Assembly (NCBI GenBank): GCA_050692985.1
Contig: JBOGVZ010000061.1
Span: forward strand, 81,966 to 145,965
Direction: 5' to 3'
Source: Actinomycetota bacterium
GTDB lineage: Bacteria > Actinomycetota > UBA4738 > CALAEC01
DNA length: 64,000 bases
The notes beneath the pieces are model-generated. The model made no database searches and was not told the DNA's origin. It worked only from the letters and a program-made list of their open reading frames with translations. Below, one piece after another: positions 10,492 to 23,233 of the stretch. Numbering within the stretch: position 1 is the stretch's first letter; each line of letters begins with the position of its first letter. Both the position numbers and the translations under genes were made by a program.

Positions 10492-11776
10492 ATGGAGGGT
10501 CCTCCCGAGGAAGCCGGCCCCGCCCCGCCTGCGGGACGGCTGCGGGTGGGGCTCCGGGAGACGCTCACGCTCCTCGGGCGGAACCGCGACTTCTCCAGGC
10601 TGTACGGGGCCCAGCTCGTCTCGTTCGCCGGGGACTGGTTCGCCAGCGTGGCCCTGCTGGGGCTGGTCAACTCGCTGACCGGCTCGGCCACCCTCACCAC
10701 GCTGGCCCTGGTGGTGCAGATGGCCTCCATGGCCGTGCTCTCGCCGCTGGGCGGGCACCTGGCCGACCGGTTCGACCGCCGGCGGCTGATGATCGCCGCG
10801 GACATCATCCGCGTCGTCCTGGCCCTGGGGTACCTGCTGGTGGACACCCCCGGCGAGGTCTGGCTGGCCTTCGTCATCACCGCCGGCATCTCCGGGCTGG
10901 CGGCGGTGTTCGAGCCGGCGTCCTCCGCGGCCGTGCCGAACCTCGTGGACCCTGAGGACCTCCCGGCGGCCAACGTCCTGGTGGGCTCGGCGTGGGGGAC
11001 GATGCTGGCGGTAGGCGGGGCCCTGGGGGGCATCGTGGCCGCCACGCTCGGCCGGGACGCGGCGTTCATCGGCGACGCGGTGTCGTTCGCGCTGTCCGCG
11101 ATGCTCCTGCTGAGGATCCGGCGCCGGTTCGGGGAGGAGCGGGCCCACGACCACCCTCGCCTCAAGGAGGCCGTCGTGGAGACCGTCGGCTACGCGCGGC
11201 GGGATCGCCGGGTGCTGGCGCTGCTGACGGTGAAGGGAGGGTTCGGCCTGGCCGCCGGGGTGATCGGGCTGCTGCCGATCTTCGCCCTCCAGGTGTTCCA
11301 CGCGGGCGACCGGGGCACGGGGATCCTGTGGGCCTTCCGGGGCCTGGGGGCGCTGATCGGCCCGTTCGTGGCCCGGCGGTTCACCCGCGACCTCCGCAGC
11401 CTGTTCGCCGCCATCGGGATCTCGTTCGTGGTGTACGGCCTGTTCTACGCGGTGTTCCCGCTGATGGGCTCGCTGTGGGCGGCGGCCCCGTTCGTCCTGC
11501 TGGCCCACCTGGGGGGCGGGGCCCAGTGGACCCTCGACGTACGGGCTCCAGCGGATCGTGCCCGACCGCATCCGGGGACGGGTGATGTCCTTCGACTACG
11601 GCTTCGTCACGCTCACCCTGGGGGCGTCCATCCTGGTGGCGGGATGGGCGGCCGACCACTTCGACCCCCGGATCGTCATGGAGGTCCTGGCGGGGCTGGC
11701 CGTGACCTACGCCGTGGTGTGGTCCACCCTGACCGCGTCGATCCGCCGGCAAGCCGAGGCCGTGCGGTTCGGCTGA
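10492..11776 (+). CDS. MFS transporter, with an apparent frameshift near 11531-11545
   Basis: 12-TM-like sequence starting MEGPPEEAG...RNRDFSRLYGAQLVSFAGDWF. The C-terminal 72 aa (MPDRIRGRVMSFDYGFVTLTLG...) are in a different frame (ORF 11558..11776). Confidence 0.78.
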
Positions 11777-11779
11777 GGC

Positions 11780-12388
11780 CTAGGCCGGCTGGTCGGGCGG
11801 CGTCCCGCCCTCGGGGGCGGTGCCGGTGAAGTCCACCCGGGGGGCCGCCTCCATGGTGGCCCGGGAGGCCTCCTCGATCTCGAAGAACTCCTCGGGGCGG
11901 AAGTTGAACATCGAGGCCACGACGTTCGACGGCACCGACTGGGTCCGCTCGTTGTAGACCCGGACCGTGTCGTTGTAGAAGGTCCGCCGGCCCTGGATGC
12001 GGTTCTCGGTGTTGGCCAGCTCCGCCTGGAGCCCCTGGAAGTTCTCCGAGGCCCGCAGCTGCGGGTACTGCTCGGCCACCGCGAACAGCCTTCCCAGGGC
12101 CGCGGTCAGGGCGTTCTCCGCCTGGGCCTGCTGGGCCGGGCCCTGGGCCCCCATGGCCGCGGCCCGGGCCCGGGTCACCTCCTCGAAGGTGGCCCGCTCG
12201 TGGGAGGCGTAGCCCTTCACCGTCTCGACCAGGTTCGGGATCAGGTCGTACCGTCGCTTCAGCTCGGTGTCGATGTCGGCGAACGCGTTCCTGATGGTCT
12301 GCCGCTGCGCCACGAAGCGGTTGTAGGCCACCACGCCGTACAGCAGCAGGAGCACGATGATCCCCAGCACGACCCACAGTGCGATCAC
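11780..12388 (-). CDS. LemA-family protein
   Basis: N-terminal TM followed by YNRFVAQRQTIRNAFADIDTELKRRYDLIPNLVETVKGYASHE, characteristic of LemA. Confidence 0.85.
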   Translation of the reverse strand: MIALWVVLGIIVLLLLYGVVAYNRFVAQRQTIRNAFADIDTELKRRYDLIPNLVETVKGYASHERATFEEVTRARAAAMGAQGPAQQAQAENALTAALGRLFAVAEQYPQLRASENFQGLQAELANTENRIQGRRTFYNDTVRVYNERTQSVPSNVVASMFNFRPEEFFEIEEASRATMEAAPRVDFTGTAPEGGTPPDQPA

Positions 12389-12459
12389 GGGAAACCCCTT
12401 TCAGGTGGTCCGGCCATTCTCCGAAACCCTGGTCCCCTTTGCAAAGCGGCCGAGGCTCG

Positions 12460-15062
12460 TCACGCCTCAGCCTCGGCCTGGGCGGGCCGGATCGCCAGGC
12501 CGTCGGCGCCGTCTCGGTCGACCACCACCCGGGAGCCCTCGGTGATCTCGCCCGACAGCAGCTTCATGGCCAGGGGGTCCTGGACCTCGCGCTGGATGAG
12601 GCGCTTGAGCGGACGGGCCCCGAAGCTGGGGTCGTAGCTCTTCTCGGCCAGGTACTCGCGGGCCGCCGGGGTCAGCTCCAGCTCGAACCGCCGGGCGGCC
12701 AGGCGCTCCGCCAGGTGGCGGACCTGGATGTCCACGATGGCGGCGATCTCGGCCTTGTCGAGCGGGTGGAACACGATCACCTCGTCGAGCCGGTTCAGGA
12801 ACTCGGGCCGGAAGTGGCCCTGCATCTCGTCCAGGACCTTCTCCCCCCGCTCCTCCGGCGACAGGGCCTCGGCGAAGAACCAGTGGCTGCCCAGGTTCGA
12901 GGTCATGATCAGGACGGTGTTCTTGAAGTCCACGGTGCGGCCCTGCGCCCGTCGGTCAGCCGGCCGTCGTCGAGGACCTGGAGCAGGATGTTGAACGCGT
13001 CCTGGTGGGCCTTCTCGATCTCGTCGAGCAGGATCACCGAGTACGGCCTGCGCCGGACGGCCTCGGTGAGCTGGCCCCCTTCCTCGTAGCCCACGTACCC
13101 GGGCGGGGCCCCCACCAGCCGGGACACCGCGTGCCGCTCCTGGTACTCGCTCATGTCGATGCGGACCATGGCTCGCTCGTCGTCGAACAGGAACCCGGCC
13201 ACGGCCCGGGCCAGCTCGGTCTTGCCCACGCCGGTGGGGCCCAGGAACATGAACGAGCCGATGGGGCGGGTGGGGTCCGACAGGCCCGCCCGGGCCCGGC
13301 GGATGGCGTTCGACACCGCGGCCACGGCCTCGTCCTGGCCCACCACCCGTCGGTGCAGGGCCTCCTCCATGCGCACCAGCTTGGCCACCTCGCCCTCCAT
13401 CAGGCGGGCCACCGGGATGCCGGTCCACGAGGACACCACCTCGGCGACGTCCTCCTCGTCGACCTCCTCCTTCAGCATCTTGCGATCGGCCTGGATGCCG
13501 GCCAGGGTCTCGTTCTCCTCGGCCAGGCGGCGGTCGAGCTCCACAAGCCGCCCGTACCGAAGCTCGGCGGTCCGCTCCAGGTTCCCGTCGCGCTCGGCCC
13601 GCTCGGCCTCGCCCCGGAGCTCCTCGATCTCCGACTTGACGGCCCGGATGCGGTCGATGTGCTCCTTCTCGCGGTCCCAGTGGGCCCGCATGGCCCCCAG
13701 CCGCTCGTTCAGATCCGCCAGCTCCTGCTCGAGCTTCCGCAGACGCTCCATGGAGGCCTCATCGGTCTCCTTCTTCAGGGCGGCCCGCTCGATCTCCAGC
13801 TGGCGGACCCGGCGGTCCACCTCGTCGATCTCCGTGGGCATCGAGTCGATCTCGATGCGCAGGCGGCTGGCGGCCTCGTCAACCAGGTCGATGGCCTTGT
13901 CGGGCAGGAACCGGCCGGTCACGTACCGGTCCGAGAGCAGGGCCGCGGCCACCAGGGCCTCGTCGCGGATGGCCACACCGTGGTGCACCTCGTACCGCTC
14001 CTTGAGGCCGCGGAGGATGGCGATGGTGTCCTCCGCGGAGGGCTCCCCCACGAGCACCGGCTGGAACCGGCGCTCCAGGGCCGGGTCCTTCTCGATGTGC
14101 TTTCGGTACTCGTCCAGGGTGGTGGCCCCGATGGCCCGCAGCTCGCCCCGGGCCAGCATCGGCTTGAGCATGTTGCCCGCGTCCACGGCCCCCTCGGCGG
14201 CGCCGGCTCCCACCACCGTGTGGAGCTCGTCGATGAACGTGATGATCTGGCCCTCGGCGGCGGCGATCTCCCGCAACACGGCCTTGAACCGCTCCTCGAA
14301 CTCCCCCCGGTACTTGGCCCCCGCCACCAGCGAGCCGATGTCGATGGCCACCACGCGCTTGCCCTTCAGGCCCTCGGGGACGTCGCCCTCCACGATGCGG
14401 CGGGCCAGGCCCTCCACGATGGCGGTCTTGCCCACCCCCGGCTCGCCGATGAGCACCGGGTTGTTCTTGGTCCGGCGGGACAGGACCTGGATCACCCGGC
14501 GGATCTCGTCGTCCCGGCCGATCACCGGGTCGAGCTTCCCCCTGCGGGCCAGGTCCGTGAGGTCCCGGCCGTACCGCTCCAGGGCCTGGTACTTGTCCTC
14601 GGGGCTCTCGTCCGTCACCCGCTGGCGGCCCCGGACCTCGGCCAGCGCCCGGAGCACCCCGTCGCGGCTCAGCCCCGCCTCCAGCAGCACCCGGGCCGCC
14701 CCGGTGGCCCCCTCCAACATGGCCAGCACCAGGTGCTCGGTGGAGACGTACTCGTCGGTGAGCGCCTCGGCCTCGGAGTAGGCCCGCTCCAGCAGGTGGC
14801 GGGCCGGGGCGGACAGGGTGGCCTCGCCGGCGGGCCCGTAGACCTTCGGCAGCTCGGCCAGCCGCTCCTCGACCCGGTCCCGCACGGTGCGCGGCGAGAC
14901 CCCCAGGCTGTGCAGCAGCGGGTACACGACCCCATCGGGGTCGGACAGCAGCGCGAACAACAGGTGCTCGGGCTCCACCACCTGGTGGTTGCGCTCGGCG
15001 GCGAGCTGCTGGGCCGCGGCCAGGGCTTCCCGGCTCTTCAGGGTCAGCTTGTTCAGGTCCAT
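12460..15062 (-). CDS. clpB: Chaperone ClpB (Hsp100), with an apparent frameshift near 12945-12953
   Basis: N-domain, two AAA+ modules ([16 protein letters not shown]) and a coiled-coil middle domain. The last ~160 aa ([16 protein letters not shown]...) continue in ORF 12460..13428 in another frame; the junction is at LTDG|QGRTVDF. Confidence 0.9.
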
Positions 15063-15063
15063 C

Positions 15064-15597
15064 TCATCCCCGCTCGTGGTCGGATCTGGTCATGGCGTAC
15101 ATGGCGTAGTCGCGGCGCCCGTCGTCACCGTACCCGTAGGCCCGCAAGACGCCCTCGAACGCGAAGCCGAGCTTCTCCAGGACGCCGCGCATGGGACGGT
15201 TCTCCACGTCCGTGGTGGCCTGGACCCGTTCGGCCCGCTCGGCCTCGAACAGGTGGCGGGTCAGCAGCCACACCGCCTGCTCGCCGAAGCCCTTCCCCCG
15301 GTCGTCCCGGTCGTACACGGCGATCCCGAACTCGAACACGCCTTGGGGCAGCGCGCCCTTCGGCTGCCGGGCGTCGATCTCGCCCACGAGACGACCCTCC
15401 GCCTCGATGGCCAGATCGAGCCGCCCGTCCACCAGCTGCCCCGAACGCTCCACCCGCTTGGCGATGGCCCGCTTGGTGGGCCGGCGCGGGTCCGGCATGA
15501 ACCCGTCCACGCCGCTGCGGGAGATCCGCCACACCTGGTCGGCCTCCTCCTCCCGGAACGGCCGGAGGAGCACCCGCTCACCCTTCAGCCGCGGCAT
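15064..15597 (-). CDS. GNAT-family N-acetyltransferase
   Basis: 177 aa with an [10 protein letters not shown] acetyl-CoA-binding-like motif. Confidence 0.78.
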   Translation of the reverse strand: MPRLKGERVLLRPFREEEADQVWRISRSGVDGFMPDPRRPTKRAIAKRVERSGQLVDGRLDLAIEAEGRLVGEIDARQPKGALPQGVFEFGIAVYDRDDRGKGFGEQAVWLLTRHLFEAERAERVQATTDVENRPMRGVLEKLGFAFEGVLRAYGYGDDGRRDYAMYAMTRSDHERG

Positions 15598-16004
15598 CAG
15601 GGAGCCGGTTCCCAGGGAAGACGCGCGCTCCTGAGCGGGACGAGGTCCGCGCGGCCTCGCTCCTCGAGACGGCGAACCTCCTCGCGGAGGTGGCGACGTG
15701 CCCGGCGGAGCTGCCGGTCCATCTCCTCCATCCGCTTGCGAGCGCGCTCCACCTCCGCCTGGAGGTCCATGACCATCTTGACGCCGGCCAGGTTCACGCC
15801 GGACTGGGTCAGCTCCTGGATCAGTCGGAGGCGCTCGATGTCGCGCTCGGAGTACCGGCGGGTGTTGCCCGCGGTCCGGGCCGGGCGAACCAGCCCCTTC
15901 CGCTCGTAGATCCGAAGCGTCTGCGGATGCACGCCCGCCAGCTCGGCCGCCACGCTGATGATGTACACGGCGCGCTCGTCGCGTCGCCTGGGCCTGTCAG
16001 CCAC
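15597..16004 (-). CDS. hspR: Heat-shock transcriptional repressor HspR (MerR family)
   Basis: [53 protein letters not shown], the last gene of a dnaK-grpE-dnaJ block. Confidence 0.85.
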   Translation of the reverse strand: MADRPRRRDERAVYIISVAAELAGVHPQTLRIYERKGLVRPARTAGNTRRYSERDIERLRLIQELTQSGVNLAGVKMVMDLQAEVERARKRMEEMDRQLRRARRHLREEVRRLEERGRADLVPLRSARLPWEPAP

Positions 16005-16022
16005 CGTTCACCACCTCTTCGC

Positions 16023-17135
16023 TCACGAGGCGCCCAGCCCGCTCCGGGGGCTGTCCCCATGGACCTCCTGGAACTGCTTCAGGAGGTCTCGCTCCTGCTT
16101 CGAAAGCTTCGACGGGACCTGGACCTGGACGGTCACCAGCAGGTCACCCCGGCCTCCGCCCGGCTTGGGCGCGCCCTTCCCGCGGACCCGGAAGGTCCGG
16201 CCCGCGGACGTTCCCGCCGGGACCTTCAGGGTGACCATCCCGTTCAGCGTGGGGACCTTGACGTTGGCCCCCAGGGCGGCCTCGGGGAACGTGATCGGCA
16301 GCGTCAGCGTGAGGTTCGGTCCCCGGCGCCCGAAGAACGGGTGGGGAGCCACCCGAACCGTGACGTACAGGTCGCCCGGCGCGCCGCCGGGAGGGCCGGG
16401 CTCGCCCCGGCCGGACAGCCGGATGCGGGCCCCGTCCTCCACGCCGGCGGGGATCCTGACCCGAAGCGTCCTGGTGGCCGTGGTGGAGCCGCTCCCGTGG
16501 CAGGTGGGGCAGGGCTCCTCGATCACCTGGCCCCGGCCACCGCAGCGGGGGCACGGCCGGGCCAGCGAGAAGAACCCCTGGTCGACCGCCACCGAACCGG
16601 AACCGGAGCACTCCGGACAGGTGCGCACCTGGGTTCCCGGCTTGGCGCCCGAACCGCCGCAGGTCGAGCACGGGGCCGCCCCCGACAGGCGGAGGGGCAC
16701 CGTGGTTCCCTTCATGGCGTCATCGAACGGGATCCGCACCTCGGCGGTGAGGTCGGCACCCCTGCGGGCTCGCCGGCCTCCTCCTGCCCTGCCGGCGCCG
16801 AACAGGTCGAAGATGTCGCCCAGGCCCCCCACGTCGAACCCCAGGTCCTCGAACCGCGCGCCTCCGCCGCCGGGGCCTCCGAACCGGAACCCGGAGCCGG
16901 CCATCTGACGGACCCGGTCGTACTCCTTCCGCTTCTCGGCGCTCCCCAGGACGTCGTAGGCGGAGGCGACCTCCTTGAAGCGCTCCTCGGCGGCCGCATC
17001 GCCGGGGCTGGCGTCGGGGTGATGCTGCTGGGCGAGCTTCCGGTAGGCCTTCTTGATGTCGGCCTGGGAGGCGTCCCTGGGCACGCCGAGCACCGCGTAG
17101 TAGTCCTTCTCGAGCCACTCGCGGTTGATGCTCAC
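16023..17135 (-). CDS. dnaJ: Molecular chaperone DnaJ
   Basis: J-domain (DYYAVLGV...HPD), G/F-rich linker, four CxxCxGxG zinc repeats, and a C-terminal domain. Confidence 0.95.
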   Translation of the reverse strand: MSINREWLEKDYYAVLGVPRDASQADIKKAYRKLAQQHHPDASPGDAAAEERFKEVASAYDVLGSAEKRKEYDRVRQMAGSGFRFGGPGGGGARFEDLGFDVGGLGDIFDLFGAGRAGGGRRARRGADLTAEVRIPFDDAMKGTTVPLRLSGAAPCSTCGGSGAKPGTQVRTCPECSGSGSVAVDQGFFSLARPCPRCGGRGQVIEEPCPTCHGSGSTTATRTLRVRIPAGVEDGARIRLSGRGEPGPPGGAPGDLYVTVRVAPHPFFGRRGPNLTLTLPITFPEAALGANVKVPTLNGMVTLKVPAGTSAGRTFRVRGKGAPKPGGGRGDLLVTVQVQVPSKLSKQERDLLKQFQEVHGDSPRSGLGAS

Positions 17136-17148
17136 GGCCCCGCCCGTC

Positions 17149-17778
17149 TCACCGGCGCCCGACCTTCACCCCCGCGGGGCGAAGGACCCGCCCCTTGAGA
17201 GTGTAGCCGGTGCGCAGGACGTCCTCGACGTACGCCTCGCCCTCTTCGTCGCCGTCGGACTGCAGCAGCGCCTCGTGGAGCTCCGGGTCGAAGGGCTTGC
17301 CCCTGGCGTCGATGCGCTCCAGGCCCTCGGCCTTGAGGATGTCGAACAGCTTCGCGTAGACGAGCTCCACGCCCCGGGCGAGCCGGTCCGAGGCCTGCTC
17401 GCGACCCGCGGCCACCAGCGCCAGCTCGAACTCGTCGAGGACCTCCAGGAGCCGGGCCACCAGTCCCTCGGAGGCGTGCTCAACGGCCCGGGTCTGCTCG
17501 CGAAGCACCCGCTTGCGGTAGTTGTCGAACTCCGCCTTCAGGCGCTGGAGGTGCTCCAGGTACTCGGCGGCCTGCGCCTGCACCCGGGCCAGCTCGTCGC
17601 GCGAGCTCGCCGGCTCTTCCCTGGAGCCCGCTTCGGGCGCGTCGCCGGAATCGACGTCTCTCCCGCGCGCAGCCGGCGCGGCCCCCTCCCCCGAGTGGAC
17701 CCGGCGCTTATCGGTGATCCTGACCCGCCCCCGGCGCGCCTCCTCGGTTCGCTCCTCGTCGCGGTCGTGGTCGTTCAT
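17149..17778 (-). CDS. grpE: Nucleotide exchange factor GrpE
   Basis: [22 protein letters not shown]...core GrpE sequence; ATG at 17778, 37 nt downstream of the dnaK stop. Confidence 0.9.
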   Translation of the reverse strand: MNDHDRDEERTEEARRGRVRITDKRRVHSGEGAAPAARGRDVDSGDAPEAGSREEPASSRDELARVQAQAAEYLEHLQRLKAEFDNYRKRVLREQTRAVEHASEGLVARLLEVLDEFELALVAAGREQASDRLARGVELVYAKLFDILKAEGLERIDARGKPFDPELHEALLQSDGDEEGEAYVEDVLRTGYTLKGRVLRPAGVKVGRR

Positions 17779-17815
17779 GCCCCGGCCTCGATCTGCACCC
17801 TCTTCGGCATCGCCA

Positions 17816-19666
<1,851 letters not shown>

Positions 19667-19717
19667 GTCCGGTCCTCCTTCGGTGACAGATCTCCTTACG
19701 GCACCGCCATGATAAAG

Positions 19718-19738
19718 ATTGAGCGTTTATGTGTCAAT
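19718..19738 (-). promoter_or_regulatory. HAIR-like inverted repeat (HspR operator candidate) upstream of dnaK
   Basis: On the minus strand ATTGACA-CATAAAC-GCTCAAT, compared with the HAIR consensus CTTGAGT-N7-ACTCAAG; located 52-72 nt upstream of the dnaK start. Confidence 0.5.
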
Positions 19739-19871
19739 GCTTGGCGGCGGCCGACGGGGCCCCCCGGGCGCCCCGGCGCCTCCCCGCCCCCTCTGCCCCG
19801 GCGGGGCATCGAACCTACCGGCCGGTAGTCATTTGTGCGCCCCGGGCACCCGTGCGTAGACTCTACTCTCC

Positions 19872-21908
19872 ATGCTCGGCCCCATCGTCTTCCTGGCGCT
19901 GCTGGCTTTGGCCGGCGGGCTGTTCCTCCAGCGAGCCTACCTGTTGTTCCGCCTGGTCCGGCTGGGCCGGCCGATCAACCGCCTGGACGACCTCCCCAGG
20001 CGAGCCGAGCAGGAGGCCGTGGTGGTCCTCGGTCAGAGGAAGCTGCTCCAGCGCCTGGGGCCCGGGCTGATGCATGCGTTCATCTTCTGGGGCTTCCTGG
20101 TGCTGCTCACCACGATCGTCGAGGTCTTCGGCGAGGTGTTCCAGGACACCTTCGCGATCCCGTTCATCGGTCGCGCCGGGTGGTTCGGGCTCCTCCAGGA
20201 CATCTTCGCCGGCCTGGTGGTGATCGGGGTGGGGATGGCGGTGTACTTCCGCAAGGTCCAGCGCCATCCGCGGTTCAAGGGCAGCCACCTGGAGGAGGCG
20301 GACTTCATCCTGCTGATGATCTTCGGGATCATCTTCACGCTGATCTTCCTGAACGCCACGAAGATCGCCCAGGGGGTGGCGGAGTCCCCGCCCCAGTGGA
20401 CCCCGATCTCCAACGCGGTGGCTCCGCTGTTCACGGGGATGAGCGCGGGGCCGCTGGCGTTCTTCCACCAGCTGTTCCTGTGGTCGCACATCCTGCTGAT
20501 CCTCGGCTTCCTGGTGTACATCCCCTACTCCAAGCACCTGCACATCCTCACCAGCGCGATCAACGTCTTCTTCACGAAGACGAAGCCCCAGGGCAAGCTG
20601 GAGCCGCTCAGGATCGACCTGGAGGGCACCGAGGAGATGAGCCTGGGTGCGGCCACCGTCGAGGACCTGACCCAGAAGCAGGTCCTCGACACCTACACCT
20701 GCACCGAGTGCGGCCGGTGCCAGGACATGTGCCCCGCCTGGAACACCGGCAAGCCGCTCTCGCCGAAGCTGATCATCATGAACCTGCGGGACCACGTTTT
20801 CGAGCAGGGCCCCAAGATCCTGGAGGCCAAGGCTGAGGGGGTGGAGTACGAGAAGGTCCCGCTGAACCCGGACGTGATCGAGGACGAGGTGGTGTGGGAC
20901 TGCACGACCTGCGGGGCCTGCGTGTACGAGTGTCCCGTGGACATCGAGCACATCGACCACATCGTCGACATGCGCCGGAACCTGGTGATGGCAGAGTCGC
21001 GCTTCCCCCAGGAGGCCGGGCTGATGCTGCGGAACATGGAGCAGTCGAAGAACCCGTGGGGGGTCCCCCAGAGCCAGCGGGCCGACTGGGCCAAGGACCT
21101 GGGGGTGCGGATCCTGGAGGACGGCCGGGCCCCCGAGTACCTGTACTGGGTGGGATGCGCCTCGTCGTTCGACGACCGGGCCAAGGCCATCGCCCGGGAC
21201 ACGGCCCGGCTGCTCCAGAAGGCGGGGGTGCGGTTCGCCATCCTGGGGCCGCGGGAGCTGTGCAACGGCGACCCCGCCCGGCGGTTCGGGAACGAGTACC
21301 TGTTCCAGGAGCTGGCGGAGCAGAACGTCCAGACCCTGAACGAGGTGCAGGCCAAGAAGATCCTGGTGAACTGCCCCCACTGCTTCAACACGTTCCGCAA
21401 CGAGTACCCGGACTACGGGGGCGACTACGAGGTGATCCACCACAGCCAACTGTTCGCGGAGCTGGTGCGAGATGGGCGGCTCCGGCCGACCCGGGAGGTC
21501 CGGTCGCTGGTCACCTACCACGACCCCTGCTACCTGGGGCGGCACAACGGCGTGTACGACGAGCCGCGGAACGTCCTCGACGCTGTCCCGGGGGTCCGAC
21601 AGGTGGAGATGCCCCGCCACCGGGAGCGCGGCTTCTGCTGCGGGGCCGGGGGCTCTCGGATGTGGATGGAGGAGCACCTGGGCAAGCGGGTCAACATGGA
21701 GCGCACCGACGAGGCCGCGGCCACCGGCGCGGACGTGATGGGCGTGGCCTGCCCGTTCTGCCTGGTGATGCTGGACGACGGCGCCAAGGCCAAGCCGGGC
21801 GACATGAAGGTCCTCGACGTGGCCCAGGTGGTGGCCGAGTCGGTGGGGACGGGTGGCGAGGGCGAGCGGCCGGCCCCCGAATCCGAGGCCGCTCCCGCCT
21901 CTTCCTAG
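19872..21908 (+). CDS. Membrane-anchored (Fe-S)-binding oxidoreductase: N-terminal ~6-TM domain plus 4Fe-4S ferredoxin motifs and CCG (HdrD/GlpC-like) cysteine-rich domains
   Basis: [12 protein letters not shown] and [12 protein letters not shown] ferredoxin motifs, then the CCG motifs CYLGRHNG and GFCCGAGG; the N-terminal 250 aa are hydrophobic. Confidence 0.8.
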   Translation: MLGPIVFLALLALAGGLFLQRAYLLFRLVRLGRPINRLDDLPRRAEQEAVVVLGQRKLLQRLGPGLMHAFIFWGFLVLLTTIVEVFGEVFQDTFAIPFIGRAGWFGLLQDIFAGLVVIGVGMAVYFRKVQRHPRFKGSHLEEADFILLMIFGIIFTLIFLNATKIAQGVAESPPQWTPISNAVAPLFTGMSAGPLAFFHQLFLWSHILLILGFLVYIPYSKHLHILTSAINVFFTKTKPQGKLEPLRIDLEGTEEMSLGAATVEDLTQKQVLDTYTCTECGRCQDMCPAWNTGKPLSPKLIIMNLRDHVFEQGPKILEAKAEGVEYEKVPLNPDVIEDEVVWDCTTCGACVYECPVDIEHIDHIVDMRRNLVMAESRFPQEAGLMLRNMEQSKNPWGVPQSQRADWAKDLGVRILEDGRAPEYLYWVGCASSFDDRAKAIARDTARLLQKAGVRFAILGPRELCNGDPARRFGNEYLFQELAEQNVQTLNEVQAKKILVNCPHCFNTFRNEYPDYGGDYEVIHHSQLFAELVRDGRLRPTREVRSLVTYHDPCYLGRHNGVYDEPRNVLDAVPGVRQVEMPRHRERGFCCGAGGSRMWMEEHLGKRVNMERTDEAAATGADVMGVACPFCLVMLDDGAKAKPGDMKVLDVAQVVAESVGTGGEGERPAPESEAAPASS

Positions 21909-21917
21909 GAGCGGCCG

Positions 21918-22544
21918 CTGATCCTCTCGGACCGAGACATCCGGAAGCAGATCGAGGCCGGCCGGGTGGTGATCGACCCCTTCGATGCCGACATGGTCCA
22001 GCCGTCGAGCATCGACCTCCACGTCGACAACCGCTTCCGGATCTTCGCCAATAGCCGGTATCCGTACATCGACGTCCGGATGCGGATGGACGACCTCACC
22101 GAGCTCGTCGAGGTACGCCCCGACGAACCGTTCATCCTCCACCCCGGCGAGTTCGTCCTCGGCAGCACGCTGGAGAAGGTGACCCTCCCCGACGACATCG
22201 TGGGCCGCATCGAGGGGAAGAGCTCGCTGGGGCGGCTGGGCCTGCTCATCCACAGCACCGCGGGCTTCGTCGACGCGGGATGGAGCGGCTACCTGACGCT
22301 CGAACTGTCGAACGTGGCCAACCTCCCGATCACGATCTACCCGGGGATGAAGATCGGGCAGCTGTGCCTGTTCGGCATGTCGTCGCCTGTCGACCGGCCC
22401 TACGCGGACCGCGGAAAGTACCAGGGCCAGCGGGGGCCCACGCCTTCCCGCTACTACGTGGACTTCGAACGGGGGACGGCCCGGATGCCTCCCGGTGTCC
22501 AGGCCGGCGAGGAGCCATTGTCGGACGGGAAGTCGGAACGGTAG
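21918..22544 (+). CDS. dcd: dCTP deaminase; likely non-canonical CTG start at 21918 (the ATG-limited ORF begins at 21966)
   Basis: Conserved Dcd N-terminus (L)[22 protein letters not shown] is in frame immediately after the upstream TAG stop; AGGAG sits 6 nt before CTG. There is no ATG/GTG/TTG between the stop and the conserved block. Confidence 0.82.
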   Translation: MILSDRDIRKQIEAGRVVIDPFDADMVQPSSIDLHVDNRFRIFANSRYPYIDVRMRMDDLTELVEVRPDEPFILHPGEFVLGSTLEKVTLPDDIVGRIEGKSSLGRLGLLIHSTAGFVDAGWSGYLTLELSNVANLPITIYPGMKIGQLCLFGMSSPVDRPYADRGKYQGQRGPTPSRYYVDFERGTARMPPGVQAGEEPLSDGKSER

Positions 22545-22557
22545 AATTCGTCCCCCG

Positions 22558-22631
22558 GCGGATGTAGTTCAATGGCAGAACGCGAGCTTCCCAAGCTCGA
22601 GATGGGGGTTCGATTCCCCTCATCCGCTCCA
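22558..22631 (+). tRNA. tRNA-Gly (anticodon CCC)
   Basis: GCGGATGTAGTTCAATGGCAGAACGCGAGCTTCCCAAGCTCGAGATGGGGGTTCGATTCCCCTCATCCGCTCCA: cloverleaf with 7-bp acceptor stem, TTCGATT T-loop, and anticodon loop CTTCCCAAG. Confidence 0.9.
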
Positions 22632-22643
22632 GGTTAGAGCGAA

Positions 22644-23183
22644 CTAGCCCCTGGCGGCCGGATGCCCTTTCGCCTTCCCAGCCTTGCCGTGGCCCTTGCC
22701 GTGATCGCCGCCGCCACCCTTGCCCTTGCCGTGATCGCCGCCGCCACCCTTGCCGTGGCCCTTGCCCTCGTCGTCGCCGCCCTTCCCACCGTCACCACCG
22801 CCGCCGCCCTTCCCACCACCCTGGTCGCCTCCACCGCCACCGCTCTTGCTGCCCTGGCTGTCCCTGTCATCGGCACCATCGGGGGCACCGGAGCGGAGGC
22901 TGGACGGAGTGTCCCCGGACGCCCGCGAGGCGATGGCCACCGCTGGGACGAAGGATCCGCCGGAAGGCAGCGAGGACGTCCCGGGTGGGGTCGACCCCTG
23001 TTGGGCCGGAACCTGCAGGGGCGGGGGAAGCTCGACGCCCGGAGCCACCGTGCCGGGGGTGAGGGGCCGCACATTGGGGGCAGGCTCGACCAGGACCCCG
23101 GCCAGCAGGATGACCAGCGAGACCAGGGCGGTGAGGAACACCATGGACTGGAGGGTGCCGAGGACCCTCGAAACTCGCTCCAA
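22644..23183 (-). CDS. Membrane-anchored low-complexity protein: N-terminal TM, Pro/Ser-rich linker, and a Gly/Lys/His/Asp-rich repetitive C-terminus (possible metal-binding surface protein)
   Basis: 179-aa ORF ending GKGGGGDHGKGKGGGGDHGKGHGKAGKAKGH. The opposite-strand frame is also open because of compositional bias, so strand choice is tentative. Confidence 0.4.
   Translation of the reverse strand: MERVSRVLGTLQSMVFLTALVSLVILLAGVLVEPAPNVRPLTPGTVAPGVELPPPLQVPAQQGSTPPGTSSLPSGGSFVPAVAIASRASGDTPSSLRSGAPDGADDRDSQGSKSGGGGGDQGGGKGGGGGDGGKGGDDEGKGHGKGGGGDHGKGKGGGGDHGKGHGKAGKAKGHPAARG
22688..22760. repeat. Tandem direct repeat, unit about 27 nt (cttgccgtgatcgccgccgccaccc ttgcc) x2 plus degenerate copies, inside the Gly-rich gene
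   Basis: Identical 27-mers visible at 22691-22717 and 22724-22750. Confidence 0.6.
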
Positions 23184-23233
23184 CGAAGACGCCTCCCCCG
23201 CTTCGTTTCAGACTCATCCGAAGTATCGGCGGC

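Noticed and set aside
11780-12388. LemA as part of a LemA-DUF2207 two-gene module
   Set aside because: The DUF2207 genes are 20 kb away; LemA here is flanked by the MFS transporter and clpB, so no local pairing.
15064-15597. A second HAIR operator for clpB inside or after the GNAT gene
   Set aside because: I could not find a convincing CTTGAGT-N7-ACTCAAG match there by eye; read-through from the dnaK operon is proposed instead.
22688-22760. CRISPR array
   Set aside because: Only two to three direct 27-nt repeats with no spacers of unique sequence, lying inside a coding low-complexity gene. No other CRISPR-like repeats are present in the window.
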